DNA of 64,000 nucleotides from Octopus sinensis (Eukaryota), in assembly GCF_006345805.1 (NCBI RefSeq), contig NC_043009.1:13764001-13828000 (forward strand), read 5' to 3'. Under the pieces are notes generated by a model that saw only the letters and a list, made by a program, of their open reading frames with translations, made no database searches and was not told the DNA's origin. Of this stretch, positions 1 through 13,077 are shown in pieces. Position numbers and translations under genes: made by a program. Numbering within the stretch: position 1 is the first letter of the stretch; every line of letters begins with the position of its first letter.

Positions 1-440
1 CATGACTACCCGTCTGATAAAGGTACACCAGGCACATGCATCACATCCATATGTGCGCGACATGGTGATCTCATATCAAGATAAACAGCGCATGACCTTG
101 CAGGTGGGGCCCAGTTAGAATTTTCTTCAGGTTGAGTAGCCCATCCCGCTCAATAGGTCCCTGAATAAGGGTTGTTTAAGGATGTTGAAAGAACCACCCA
201 TGTTTCCAGAGGTGAACTATTCAAACCCTAAAGAATCCCTATCAACACATGGCTATGATGCTCCCCCACTACTTCTGCTCGTCATCAGAGATGCACATAT
301 CGTCAGCCACTAAGGGACATGCTCAACTGGTTAAGGTCAAACAACTGACCAGCAAATCTGTGGTATTGAGCAGAATATTTGCTGTAGCCCATCTTTTATG
401 CCAAGACAAAACAATGTACATGATAACACTTCCAATCATA
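1..440 (-). repeat. Abundant Octopus-type interspersed repeat (non-coding, probably retroposon-derived); runs off the window edge
   Basis: GC-richer, non-coding block that I recognise from memory as a high-copy octopus repeat; it stops abruptly at the (ATT)n tract. Not verified by search. Confidence 0.45.
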
Positions 441-444
441 TTAT

Positions 445-461
445 CATCATTATTATTATTA

Positions 462-493
<32 letters not shown>

Positions 494-563
494 ATTATTA
501 TTATTATTATTTATTATTATTATTATTATTATCATTATTATTATCATTATTATTATTATTATG

Positions 564-602
<39 letters not shown>

Positions 603-620
603 TATTATTATTATTATTAA
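445..620. repeat. (ATT)n microsatellite, probably the 3' tail of the LINE
   Basis: Directly visible; abuts the LINE 3' UTR. Confidence 0.95.
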
Positions 621-2445
621 TATTATCATTGCCTTTACACAGCTTCTAACGCTAGAAATGTACTACGGTGTTAACTGTTCACTACCAATGAACTAAGGTA
701 ACACCTCTTATTTTTCTGGAGTATTCGAGCGGTTCCAAGCAGTGCTATTTTCTGCAAGTACTCCACCCTTATTGCAGCCCCATTTGTTCCACGTACTTCT
801 CGAGATTTTTGCTCATTGTTCCCAGGACTCCGACTATTATTGGTACTACTACTGCCTTCTTTTATCGATTGCAACTGCTTAACCTCCCAAGCTAACCTGT
901 CATATCTCTCGACTTTCCATATGGCATACTTTGTTGTCAGCTGGGCATGCTGTATCTATGATCCAGCATAGTTTGTTTTCTTTCTCAATTAAGACTATGT
1001 CTGGTTTCCTGTTTTCTATCTACTGGTCGCACTGAATCATAAAATCCCACAGGATATCTGCATTATCATTTTTTGATGATGCCTTCAGGTATATGTTTAT
1101 AACACGTTTTTGCTCTGTCAAGTACATACTTGTGGTAAAGTGTCCAATGGACAATCCTTGCTATATTGTCGTGACGTCTATTATATTTATTCTGTGCTAG
1201 TGGCGTACATTGACTGGTAATATGCCATACGGGTTCACTATTTTATCCACAAATTCTGCACCTATCACTTTCTGATGTGTTGTCTATTTTGTATTTGATG
1301 TAATTGGGTCTTGATACTTGCACATGGACAGCACAGATTAGAGCCTCCGTTTCCGGTTTTAAATCACTTTAAGTCATCCATAACCACCTTTTTCTCTCTG
1401 TTTTATCTTCAACATCCCTATGAAATTGTCTATGAATTCTTTTTCTTTATCCACCTATTTTCAGTTTCATTCATTCTCAAATCCTTGTACAGTGCTTGAT
1501 CTTTGCACTCCTCCATCCTACACAAGCCTGACCTTCTTAGTTCCAATAATAGAGGTTTTGCGGCAAGTTTTCTTCTGCTTTAATGCTGTGTTCGCATCCA
1601 ATCAGTCCTCTTCCTCTTCTTTTTCTTGGTACATACTGTCTGTCTGCGTCACTTTTTGGGTGGAGTATCCCGTATCTAGTTAGCAACTTCCTTGACTTTT
1701 TTTCTAAGATGTTTAGTTCGTCTTCTGTCCATGCGTTTACCCCTGCTCCATATCTAAGGAGTGATACCACCCAGATGTTGATAGCTTCAAGCTTATTCCG
1801 TGCGTTTAATTTTGACTTAAGTATCAGTCTCTGTCTGCGCAAGTACTCAACTTTAAATTTTTCTCTCATTTCTTTCTCCATCAATTCATCAATTTCCAAT
1901 ATCCCCAAGTCTCTTCTATCTGTTTCATACATTTGATTTTGTCCATACATTTTATTTTGCCTCTCTTCAAGACTAGCACACCACACATACATTTTCAGTC
2001 CGAACTCCATTCTCATATCAGCACTGAATGTATAAACTGTATCAGCGAGGGAACTGACTTGAGCTTTATCATTACCATAAAGTTTGAGGTCATCCATGAA
2101 TAACAAGTGGCTGGCTTTTTGCTGGCGGCTCTTGAATGCATACCCAGCCTTTGCTTTCCTCAGAATCAGTGTTAATGCTATCATGCACAGTACAAAGATC
2201 AGTGGGGGCTGCAGTCCCCTTGGAAGACGATTCTGCTGAATTCTATTGTCCCTAAACTTCTACTTATATGCTGTCAATTCCGTCCTCCAATTCGCCATAC
2301 TTTCTACAAGCAATCGTCTAACATTCGATGCAGTACCAAATAGGCTCATGGATTCCATAAGCCAAGAATGTGGAATCATATCGTACGCCTTACGATAGTC
2401 GACTCATAACATAGCTCTTAACAGTTGTATGGTTAAAAACACAGT
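445..2445 (-). mobile_element. 5'-truncated, decayed R4/Dong/NeSL-like non-LTR retrotransposon (RT + CCHC knuckle + restriction-like endonuclease) with an (AAT)n tail
   Basis: Minus-strand translations give RT motifs DYRKAYDMIPHSW (~2380-2420), SHLLFMDDLKLYG (ORF 1537-2184), INIWVVSLLRYGAG and RQYVPRKRRGRGL. CRIC..ETVWHITSQC..LA..KY..RHD lies at ~1170-1270 and the C-terminal VVPIIVGVLG...LQKIALLGTARIL at ~710-850. Stops and frameshifts throughout. Confidence 0.85.
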
Positions 2446-3440
2446 AAATGCTCTGTTTGTGGTATTTTTTTAATTGAAACGTTCGCATGATGATTGTATG
2501 TCATGCTGGATTTTTGCTGCTGTTTCGTCACAAGTGTGCTAACATAGAACTGATCTATAAGTAAATGCATTTCAATTATTATTATTCTTACCTATGTTCA
2601 AACAGAGTAGACCGTGCAAAGCTAATACAGTGGGTGTATTCCGTTTTTTTTCCTTTTGCCCCTTAAAACAGCGGAGTTTCATTTGAAGTAAATGGGACGG
2701 CTATTTCTTGCAAAACGTTCGACCATGTAGAGCTTCCTTTATTTGCACAATTGTTAAATTGTATCATAGTATGACTGTGGTGTGGATGATGCCTAATTGC
2801 TTTGGATTGTGCGTAAAATCTTGATCTATGTTATTTCTTTCTTTTTTTATATACATTATCTCTTCTATCATAACCAATTCAACAATTGTCATTAGTATAG
2901 TGCTTTTGAAAAATTTTTAGCGTTGAGAAACATTCTGGAACGAAGTAAATGATTTTGCTTCTTGGACAAACAATTAAAAGGCAGACTTCGGATAGCCAGG
3001 AAGAGGATAGGATCTTAGAACTATTCTATCAAAGAGAACGTTATATATTATCCATGGACTGAAACTACACCAACGCACGTATACCTTAATTAAATATCCT
3101 TAATAAACGTCTTTGTATATTGATTTTTCCACACGATACATTTTCCTGAAAACAATGAAAGTCACAGAGACACAAATAACGAGAAAAATAAAGATAACAG
3201 TCAGCAAGAAAAAACAGTCGAAACATTAAAAAAGCATGAAGAAGAAAGTAATTAATTGTATTTTAATGCATCTGTTTCTGACGTTCAAATTATCTTTAAC
3301 GACGAAGTGACTTTTTTACACGAAACCACTGCGACCACAACTATCATCTCCCACCAGATTCACTACCGCCACTCGATACAAATCAACACACACCACTAAT
3401 ATTTACCTGCAACAACAAAACCACTTTCTTCCACTCCACA

Positions 3441-3441
<1 letters not shown>

Positions 3442-3510
<69 letters not shown>
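3442..3510. repeat. (ACT)n microsatellite
   Basis: Directly visible. Confidence 0.95.
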
Positions 3511-3511
<1 letters not shown>

Positions 3512-3861
3512 AACGACCACCACATCTAAAAATTCACTTGTATCTTTATCCGCTCCACAGCTATCAACCAATAGCAGCATAACTATTCTAACTAATACGG
3601 CCTAAAATAATATTTCTGCATGAAACATCCCCAAAATCATTGTAATAAGTACCACAGATAGAGCCTTCAAGAAACATTAATCCATCAATCTTTGCATTAT
3701 ACATATAAAGACGGAGAGGGGAGACATATCTGTAGGTGTATTTATATATACAAGTATAGATATTATGTATGTAACTTATGTATTTATATGATACATAATG
3801 ATGTATATACACAAATGTATATCTCTATCTATATATATAAGCATAAATATTACACTATATG

Positions 3862-3916
<55 letters not shown>

Positions 3917-4084
3917 CACACACACATATATATATATATAATACGTCATACAGGTATATATAGTAATGCATATATGCATCTATATACACATGCATAATCA
4001 TATATAATATATACATTTATGTCATATTTATGTATATGTATAAATAGGTGTATATACACAAGCATATATTTAAATAAAAGATGT

Positions 4085-4536
4085 ACCTATTTCTTTATTA
4101 CCCACAAGGGGCTAAACACAGAGCGGACAAACAAGGACAGACATAGGTATTAAGTCGATTACATCGACCCCAGTGCGTAACTGGCGTACCCACATCCAAA
4201 CTCGTCTTCGAATAAGTCTCTATGATTTTCTGGCATCTAATTGGTGGTATATTGCACTTAATACCACTTTGATTTTTTTGATATGTACTATGTATGTATG
4301 TATGTTTCTATCTATCTACCTATCCATATATATACATATATATAGTCGCCATGATTGATCGTTAGCCACTACACACATTTTTTTCTCTCCTTGGTTTTTC
4401 TGTGTACCTTTCTGTAGAAGAGCGTAGGCTCGAAACGTAAAAGACTTCTTCTATTCCTGAGCGTTATACTAATACATCTGTTTGTTTTGTTCACCACCTG
4501 TCTTCGTCTTTTGTTTTTTTTTTCGTAAACTCTTCC

Positions 4537-4617
<81 letters not shown>

Positions 4618-4795
4618 CGCGCGCGTGTGTGTGCTCGCGCGCGTGTGTGTGTGTGTGTATGTGTGTGTGTGTGTCTGTGTATATACATATGTACATACCA
4701 CAAACACACACATGTGGAATTTGAACTCAGAATGTAAAGACGGACGAAGCATCTTGCCCGATGTACTATCGATTCGGCCAGCTCGTCACCTTATT
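4085..4795 (-). mobile_element. tRNA-derived SINE (family A) split into a 3' part (4085-4200) and a 5' part (~4715-4795) by intervening sequence that includes a Penelope terminal fragment
   Basis: Both pieces match the reverse complement of the intact family-A copy at 31888-32122 (tail aagaaataggt, ctgagttcaaattcc B-box). Confidence 0.65.
4345..4525 (+). mobile_element. Penelope-like terminal repeat (pLTR) fragment with a degenerate hammerhead motif
   Basis: Shares gaagagcgtaggc(t/a)cgaaacgt and downstream sequence with 61755-61850, which lies downstream of the Penelope RT/GIY-YIG remnant. Confidence 0.6.
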
Positions 4796-4799
4796 CAAT

Positions 4800-4824
4800 A
4801 ATGATAATAACAACAACAACAACA

Positions 4825-4886
<62 letters not shown>

Positions 4887-4950
4887 AAGAAGAAGAAGAA
4901 GAAGAAGAAGAAGAAGAAGAAGAAGAAGAAGAAGAAGAAGAAGAATGATA
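4800..4950. repeat. Compound (AAC)/(AAT)n/(AAG)n microsatellite
   Basis: Directly visible. Confidence 0.95.
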
Positions 4951-5029
4951 ATAAGAAGAAACATTGGAATTTTGGCAACAATAATGCAATTTTCAAAGAT
5001 GGTTTAGTCGTTTTCAGCTGTTAGTTTAT

Positions 5030-5140
5030 GTTATTGACCCAAAATGATGAATGGCTACGTTAACCTCAGCGGCTTTTGCACTTAGAATGTAAACAGTCGG
5101 AGCATTTCACCTGACACTTTAATTATTCTGCCAATCCTAC
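5030..5140 (-). mobile_element. Highly degenerate SINE family-A fragment
   Basis: Weak match to the family-A head and core on the reverse strand. Confidence 0.4.
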
Positions 5141-5524
5141 AACAACAATAATACCAGCAACAATAATAATGATCATTGAACAATAATAATGATCCTTATA
5201 CGTTGAATAATTGGTGGTTTAATCGAATAAATTGACCCCAGTTTCAGGACAGAGAGGAGTAATTAGCAAGTTGACGTCACCGTGATTTGAAATGAGATCA
5301 CACTGACCCAGAACACTGCGAGACATTCTCCCCAGAGCACTAACGATTTTGTCATTCCAAATGATATCAAATATTCGATCAGACAAACAATAATAAAATA
5401 CACGGCAACTGAAGACTTTCTGTAACGATGTTAGAAATCCAAGCTTAAAGGGATGCTTCTTATCTTTTTGGTATTGCTGTAAACAGAAACATGGGGTGAT
5501 GCAAATAATTATAATACTTTCGAC

Positions 5525-5730
5525 TATAGGCACTAGGCTTGAAACTTTGGAAGAGGGGACTAGTCGATAACATCGACCCTAGTGTTTCAATGGTGCTTAA
5601 TTTATCAACCCCGAAAGGATGAAAGGCAAAGTCGACCTCGGAGGAATTTGAACTGAGAAAGTAACGGCAGACGAAAACCGTTTAGCATTTCGCCCGGTGT
5701 GCTAAAGTTTCTGCCGGCTCGCTGCCTCAA
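5525..5730 (-). mobile_element. tRNA-derived SINE, family A (core ttcatcctttcggggtcgataaa resembles the Meta-type SINE domain)
   Basis: Reverse complement of aggc(g/a)gcgagc..gcagaaac.ttagc...gagttcaaattcc..gaggtcgactttgcctttcatcctttcgggg. The domain name is from memory. Confidence 0.85.
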
Positions 5731-5752
5731 TTTTAGTAATAGGAGTACTATG

Positions 5753-5800
<48 letters not shown>

Positions 5801-6029
5801 GTGTGTGTGTGTCTGTGTGTCTAGTGTGTGGTGTGTGTGTGTGTGTGTATGTGTGTGTGTGTGTATGTGTGCGTGCGTGCGTGTGTGCTTGTGTGTGTGT
5901 GCGTGCGTGTGTGTATAATATGATATAAATAATATATAAATATATGCATATATACATATATATATGTACATACCTGCATCTATATATATATATATATATA
6001 CATGCATATATGGTACAGAACATAAAAAA

Positions 6030-6180
6030 CACACGTTGAACACAATGATAAGCGAAAACATAAAAACAAAAACATGGAAACGTACTTTTTTTCAAACAGC
6101 GAAAAAACAGAGTACAAGACATACAACACGAGGAAAATTCCCCTTCTTCAGTTGTCCCTGTTTCACCTACTCCGCGTGGT
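6030..6180 (-). mobile_element. Penelope-like terminal fragment; paralogue of 51950-52100
   Basis: aaaaaacagagtacaagaca...ggaaaa(t/a)tccccttc(t/a)tcag(t/c)tgtccct occurs at both sites. Confidence 0.55.
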
Positions 6181-6399
6181 GAAGTAAAATAATGTAGTGA
6201 AAGAGAAATTTGATATTTTCAGAAGTAAAAATACGGATAAAGAACACAGTTGATCAGATAAAAGACAACGTTTCACATCTCTATAAATGCATTTTTAAAA
6301 AAAGATAAACAGAAAAAATAAATGCTAGATGGAGAAACGTATAAAACAAACCAGCCAGCGGGGTAAAAATTTGAGCTTCAACTTTGGTCGCCAATCTTT

Positions 6400-6735
6400 T
6401 GCAGCCTGAGAAAGTGATATTGCCTATGGCTATCATGCTCAGCTGTCAGTTGAAATCCCCAGAGAAAAGATGACAGCTTCTCATGAGAGGGTAGTGAATA
6501 GGGACTTAATGCCTTTGTAAATAGCGATAGGGAATGTTCAGGAGGCAGGAAAAAGGGTTGAAGTGAAAGGCATGATTAATATCTTTGATATAGAATGGAA
6601 GGAGAGCAACCAAGGTCGAGGTAAACTGGGATTCCTTTCGGTGAGTTAGTGGAGACGTTGTAAGAGCAACAAGTGCTGGACTTGTGGTATCAAGGGCGAT
6701 GTGTATTGTGTTTTGAAAAAGGGCTACTTTACCTG
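6400..6735 (-). pseudogene. Degenerate retroelement coding remnant, possibly an APE endonuclease fragment
   Basis: Semi-open minus frame containing HLFSGDFN, similar to the GDFN motif of LINE APE endonucleases; stops present. Confidence 0.25.
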
Positions 6736-8444
6736 TGTTAAAATAAACTCGTCTTTATTACCTAAATCACTAGTGTAAAATGGATATAGACATAAAGTTT
6801 TCGAATCAGAAGTGATAGATACCGAATAGAATATTATTCTTATATAGCAGATGGAATATTATTTTCACCTCTTGTCTCTAACAGAAAAGTGGATTTATAA
6901 TCTTTATTCCTTCCTGGTACATTATAAATCAAGTTCGACTGTTTATGATTCGTATGTACCTCATAAATTATCAAATACAAACTTAATTTCTTCAAAAGTA
7001 GAGGTTTTATAAATTATGGATTACTAACTTCGAACACTAAACTGATAAGATGTATTACATCGTTTCATTGTCGTAGAAAATGTATTAACAGCTGCACACA
7101 TCTTAATGTCACATAACATCTAAACTGAAATGAATGATATAGTTTCGCAGTACATAAAACACAAGAAAGTTTCTTTAGAGATGCAGACACTCGGTTCCAA
7201 AAGCATAGAATTAGCTACACGTATTTCTGTTTAACACTCATACAGTATCCTAGTTTCACTCTCACCTTCAAAATTTATTTTTAATTACCTTTTATCGTCC
7301 CTCTGCAGTTTTCAAATCATCCAGATACTGACTAATAAAAATTACTCACCCACTGTCTACATACTACGCAATACTTTTCCAACCACCTCAGAAACGCTAT
7401 GGCAGTCCAATTCAGTTAACTGCTCAGCTAGTTTTCTGCTAAGTAACCCATGCAATAGCATTTCCTTTCTAATCCACACAAGACAATTAAGTAGTTATCT
7501 AACACTACGCAGATAACCAAACCTTATGACCTAAATAGATCACCTCTAGCAAAAGTAATGCGTAAATAAAGTCTTACATCTCTACAAATTGGATTTCTGT
7601 TACTCATAACCGTGACTCATACGAGATTATATTCCGTAGTGGAACAGATTGCTTCGTACAAACTCTCCCAAATTACAGCCAGTTCTCCTTGTGATGCCAA
7701 AATGTTTGCAAGCGACTAAACTATTTTATACACTACAGCTTCGGAAGCTGTACTGCTGCAAAGAAAGCTTCCAAAGTTTGGTAACTGATTTTCAACTAGC
7801 TACTTATCGCAAGATCTTGGAAAGCCCTATCAACATCTACCATTAATCTCAACAATGTGAATCTGTATACGGCAAGTGTAGAAGTTTTCCTAATTACTTC
7901 AAGCACACCACAGAAATAGAACCTATTCTTGAGAAAAATATTCAAGCTCTTTATATCTATCTATATAACTAGCTTGATTGTTGACTAGATAGCCTTATTT
8001 ATCAATCTATCTCTTTCTAGTCATCTATCTCTTACCAGAAGTTTATACTGATTGTTGGAAATGCCCTCGTGCATCTCGTCCACAACAAGAGAATCTCACT
8101 TATCCTCTCCACAATTGACTTATCGCTCTCAATTACACTTTTTAAAATGTAATGGAAACCTTTAACAATGCCTTTCCCGAACATTTCCAGTCTGTCTGCC
8201 TACGAAGTAACCTCAAATACGGCTTCCAAAGTGTCAAGCCAACAGCTCCGTGAAGCCTGTCAGAAATAGTGTCACACTTTTCAGCGATTTGTTGACAAAA
8301 ATGTCGTTACACTTGTTTTCTGTTGCCCAGCGTTACACACGAGAGGCTAAAGGTAAACGTCCGCTCAATGGATTTTACTTCTCTTACCTGCTTTCGGTCA
8401 GAATTTTCCTGTCATATCGTACTTTTGTAGCGTGCACTCTCACA

Positions 8445-8600
8445 TGTATGTATGTATGTATGTATGTATGTATGATGTATGTATGTATGTATGTATGTAT
8501 GTATGTATGTGTGTGTGTATGTATGTATGTATGTATGTACGTATGAATGTATTTATGTATGTATGGACATATGAATGTATGTATGTATATTGTATGTAAA
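8445..8600. repeat. (TATG)n microsatellite
   Basis: Directly visible. Confidence 0.9.
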
Positions 8601-9257
8601 AATATACATATACATACAGATATGAGTATATGAACCTCTGTGTGTATACTTATATTTATATATGTATGCATACGTATATATATATATGTTTATATACGTG
8701 TATATCTGAATATATATGCATATATATGTGTATGTATGTGTGTGTGTATATTTGTGTATGTGTGTGCATATGCATTTATGCCTCCCCACTGACCTTCCTA
8801 CTGTGAAATCTGGTACGTGGCATGTTTCAGTTCAGTTCCCCATACACCTTTTGCAAGCAGACTATACCATGCTTCTTTATTCCGTTGCCTGCCATAAGTA
8901 GACATCATCCAAGCTATCCTAAATACTTCACGTGAAATCTGAATTGCCAAATTAAGATTTCGAAATTGATTTAGAGCATAAAATCTTACTATATTCGATA
9001 AAAAAATCAGGATCATCTATTGACGTTAATCTTGTACAAAGTGAATGAGATCATATAATTAAGAACATTCGTGAGCGTAATGTTTTTAGGATACCTAAAA
9101 TTACATGGGAGTTTCGGACAGGGAAAACAAGAGATTACAGTAAACATTTTTACAAAGAAATCCCTAACTACATTGCAGCTGTATCAAAGGCAAGCAGGAG
9201 CCATAACAATTAGTAAATAATGTCACATTAGTATTTGTGCTTTCTTCTTTTTACACA

Positions 9258-9640
9258 GGTGCAGGAGTGGCTGTGTGGTAAGTAGCTTGCTTACCAACCA
9301 CATGGTTCCAGGTTCAGTCCCACCGCGTGGCACCTTGGGCCGACCAAAGCCTTGTGAGTGGATTTGGTAGAGGGAAACTGGAAGAAGCCCGTCATATATA
9401 TGTGTATATATATATATATATATATAGATATGTGCGTGTGTGCTTGTTTGTTTGTGTGTCTGTTCCCCCCCTCCCAGCAACGCTTGACAACCGATGCTGG
9501 TATGTTTACGTCCCTGTAACTTAGCGGTTCGACAAAAGTGACCGATAAAATAAGTAGTAGACTTAGAAAGAATAAGCTCTGGGGTCGATTTGCTCGACTA
9601 TAAAGGTGATGCTCCAGCATGGCCGCAGTCAAATAAAAGA
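9258..9640 (+). mobile_element. tRNA-derived SINE, family B, with an internal (TA)n tract
   Basis: Pol III-like head ggagtggctgtgtggtaag...ggttcagtccc; core ccttgtgagtggatttggtag; matches the reverse copy at 22225-22625. Confidence 0.9.
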
Positions 9641-10599
9641 ATAAAAAATTGCATATTTTTATTTACTAAATACATGTTTTGATTCTCGTGAATAACTTAA
9701 ATCATTAGAATATTGATTTCCTTCTTTTTTACGTTGTAGTCAGATTTGGGGTAGAAATATACACTTGCAGAAGCGCATGTGCTCTCTCATACACACATAC
9801 ACACATGTATACGTTCGACTGAACTCTTAAAGTGGTGCGTCAGCATAGCCACAGTGCAATAGCTGAAGTCAGTTGGTGATTGCATGAAAATACAAGAGTT
9901 ACGGAACTGCATTTAATTAGTGTACTGGTTGGCGTGTGAACATTGTCTTCTGGACAATATTTTCCCAAAGAGGATGATAATCATGTGGTTGTTTGTGTTA
10001 TGGTTATTTTTGTATCGAATACCTGGAATAAACTAAAGGAATTTGTCACGCATACAACCTGCGTAAATAGATACTTGGTGATGTACGTGAGAAAATATAT
10101 TTTACGGATAGTGTTATCTTCAGCTGTCGTTCAAAAATATTTCCATTGTTATAAGACAAAAACAAAAACAACAAAGAACAATATTTAATTTGTTTATTCA
10201 TGAATAAATAAATAAGTGGATGAATAATAGTTGCTGCTTGTTTTGTTTTTCTTCCTAATCTAAACTAACTTTCAGGACACCTTAGATGTCTGTATTTCAT
10301 ATCTTTTGACTATGTCCTTTGAAAAATATCATATTTTTACTAAACTTTCAACAAACACGTACATATATAGACATATCATATATGCTTATAGCTGTGTGTA
10401 GGTACTTGACTGTGTGTCAGTGAATGTTCACAAACACACGTACACACACTCACACACATAGGTATCTGCCTGTCCATTCTCATATGTATTCACATCTATT
10501 ATTTATTATATAACACACACATGTATACATATCATACAAATATAAAGACATAATATGTTGGAGTTAATTAAACATGAATACATATACATTTATGTTTAT

Positions 10600-10627
10600 A
10601 TGTACATATGTCTGTATGTATGCAAGC

Positions 10628-10658
<31 letters not shown>

Positions 10659-10709
10659 ATATATATATTATATATAATATATATATTATATATATATATA
10701 TTATATATA

Positions 10710-10795
<86 letters not shown>

Positions 10796-11200
10796 GTGTG
10801 TATATATGTCTGTATGTATGCAAGCATATATATATATAAACATATATATATAAATATATATATTTACATAAATATATATACATATAAATATATGTGATAA
10901 TCTATAACATAATATAACATATAAAATCTGCACACCACTTCAAACAATGTATGTATACATACACACACACACATATATACGCATATATGTATATGTAGAT
11001 ATATGTATGTATATATATATGTATACTTTATATATATATTATATATATATATATATATATACATACATATATAAATATATATGTGTGTGTACATATATAC
11101 ATATGTATGTACACATGCATGTGCATATTTATATATATGAACATATATATCTTACATGTGTATAAATATGTCTATGTATGTGTATATATATATATATATG
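10600..11200. repeat. Long imperfect (TA)n/(TATG) low-complexity tract
   Basis: Directly visible. Confidence 0.9.
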
Positions 11201-12007
11201 ACATACATATACAAACTTATTCAAATATATATCTTTTCATATGCAAATAGCAGGTGGTGTGGGTGTGTGCGTGTGTGTGTGGTGTGTGTGTGTATTTATG
11301 TATTCTGTGTTTGTGTAGAATATATAATGCATTTAAATTAAAATATAAAAAAGAACAATTTTGGCAAAGTGACATTTTATATTGTTCAATTAACAAACAG
11401 TATGAGCGCACCGTTGTTAGATATATATGATTTTGATACCATATTGCATAATATTTTGTTCTTTCTATTTTTATTGTTACATTGTTACTATTGGTATTGT
11501 TGGTAGTTGTAATAGTGGAATTGTTCTTGCCATTGTTATATCCTTTTGTATATTTGGTTGCACTAGAAACAGTTTGGTTGGCAGAGGGAGTAAATCAGGT
11601 AAACCTCTAAGTTGGTAGCTATATAACTAAATATATATCTTGCGAAAGACAAAAGACTGGACAAGCTAGTGATAGATACGAGCGTAATGAATCAAAACAG
11701 GGAGAGAGAGAGAGGAGAGAGAGAGAGAGAAGAGGAAGCACAGATTTATAAATATTTAATTTCAGAGAAAATTATCCAAGCTAAAACACGTTTCTTTCAA
11801 CCAGAACATTTTAATAATCTCTTATTAAATGAACTGAATTTTTTTCTTTTGAATATTTTGTTTTGTTTTATAAATACCTTTGTTTTGTATAGTGAGTCTA
11901 CGATGTGTACGTGTGTATTTATTCGTCTAAACTTCTGTCTACTGTCCTCTTGGCGTTTTGTCTTTTTTAACTCATAAACTAATGTCTATCTCTTGTCAAT
12001 GTTTCTT

Positions 12008-12230
12008 GCGAGGTGGCAGAATCATTAGCACGTCGGGCAAAATGCTTAGCGGCATTTCGTCCGTCTTTACGTCCTGAGTTCAAATTCCACCGACGTCGAT
12101 TTGCTTTTCATCTTTTCGGAATCTATAAAATAAGTACCAGTAAACCATTGGAAGTTATTGTAATCAACTAACAGGTCCCAAACACCCCATACCTCCAACC
12201 CAAATTACTAGGCTTGTGCCAATATTTCGG
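12008..12230 (+). mobile_element. SINE family A, degenerate copy (first of a tandem pair)
   Basis: ggcagaatcattagcacgtcgggcaaaatgcttagcgg...ctgagttcaaattcc...aaaataagtaccag. Confidence 0.85.
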
Positions 12231-12239
12231 ATCTATCAT

Positions 12240-12452
12240 AGGCGGCGATCTGGCAGAATTGTTAGCACGCCGGGCAAAAATGTGTAGCGGCATTTCGTCT
12301 GTCATTCCTTCCTAAGTTGAAACTCCCTCGAGGACCACTTTACCTTTCATTCTTTCGGGGCCGATAAAATAAGTACCATTTGAGCTCTCGAGTCAATATA
12401 ATCGACAATTCTCTTCCCCCGAAATTGCGGGTCTTTTGCCAAAATTTGAATG
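12240..12452 (+). mobile_element. SINE family A, degenerate copy (second of the pair)
   Basis: aggcggcgatctggcagaa...ttcattctttcggggccgataaaataagtacc...gccaaaatttgaa. Confidence 0.85.
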
Positions 12453-12647
12453 CAATATTTCTTTCCTCCCAACCATGTCAATCAAGAATATTCTCATTTG
12501 TCCCCTCGTTATCGACTTTCTTTTCTTTAATTTCCCCTCTCCCATGCACATACAAGCACGCACACACACACATATATAGTATATATAGTTTGATGAAAAA
12601 CCTTCAACGCAGTACTCCACAAACTGAAATAACTAAGAGATAAAATG

Positions 12648-12684
<37 letters not shown>

Positions 12685-12687
<3 letters not shown>

Positions 12688-13075
12688 TAGCAGTATCGCC
12701 CGGCGTTGCTCAGGTTTGTAAGGGAAATAACTATAAAGCATTTTTAGAGAGTTATAGCCAAAAAATAGCAAAAAAATAGAAAAAAAATTATGGTAAATTT
12801 TTTTTTGAGAGTAAAAAAAGGTTGAGTTGCGTCCCCTAGACAGTCTGTGGTTTATTTTTTTTGATTCTCGACCCCATGTCGAATTTATCGATTTTTTTCA
12901 GAACTGGGGGAACTTTTCAAAATTTTCGCTGCGTTAGTTTTGAATTATGATATTGGGCTATGTGTGTGTCAAGTTTCATCAGAATCGGTTGAAAGCCGTG
13001 GTCAGAGTGAGGGTACAAGCAAACAGACACACAGAAACACGCACAGACAAACTTCCGTTTATATAGAGAGAGATA
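12685..13075 (+). mobile_element. Non-autonomous Helentron/Helitron-type element (HINE/DINE-1-like)
   Basis: Starts tactagcag..gcccggcgttgct; has aagtttcatcagaatcggttg and (ACAG/ACAC) repeats; ends tttatatagagagagat. This layout is typical of HINE/DINE-like elements. Confidence 0.65.
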
Positions 13076-13077
13076 TA

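Noticed and set aside
6140-6160. CUGAAGA / CUGAUGA plus hairpin on the minus strand (also 52040-52055)
   Set aside because: Stem II is followed by GUGU, not GAAA, so no hammerhead core can form.
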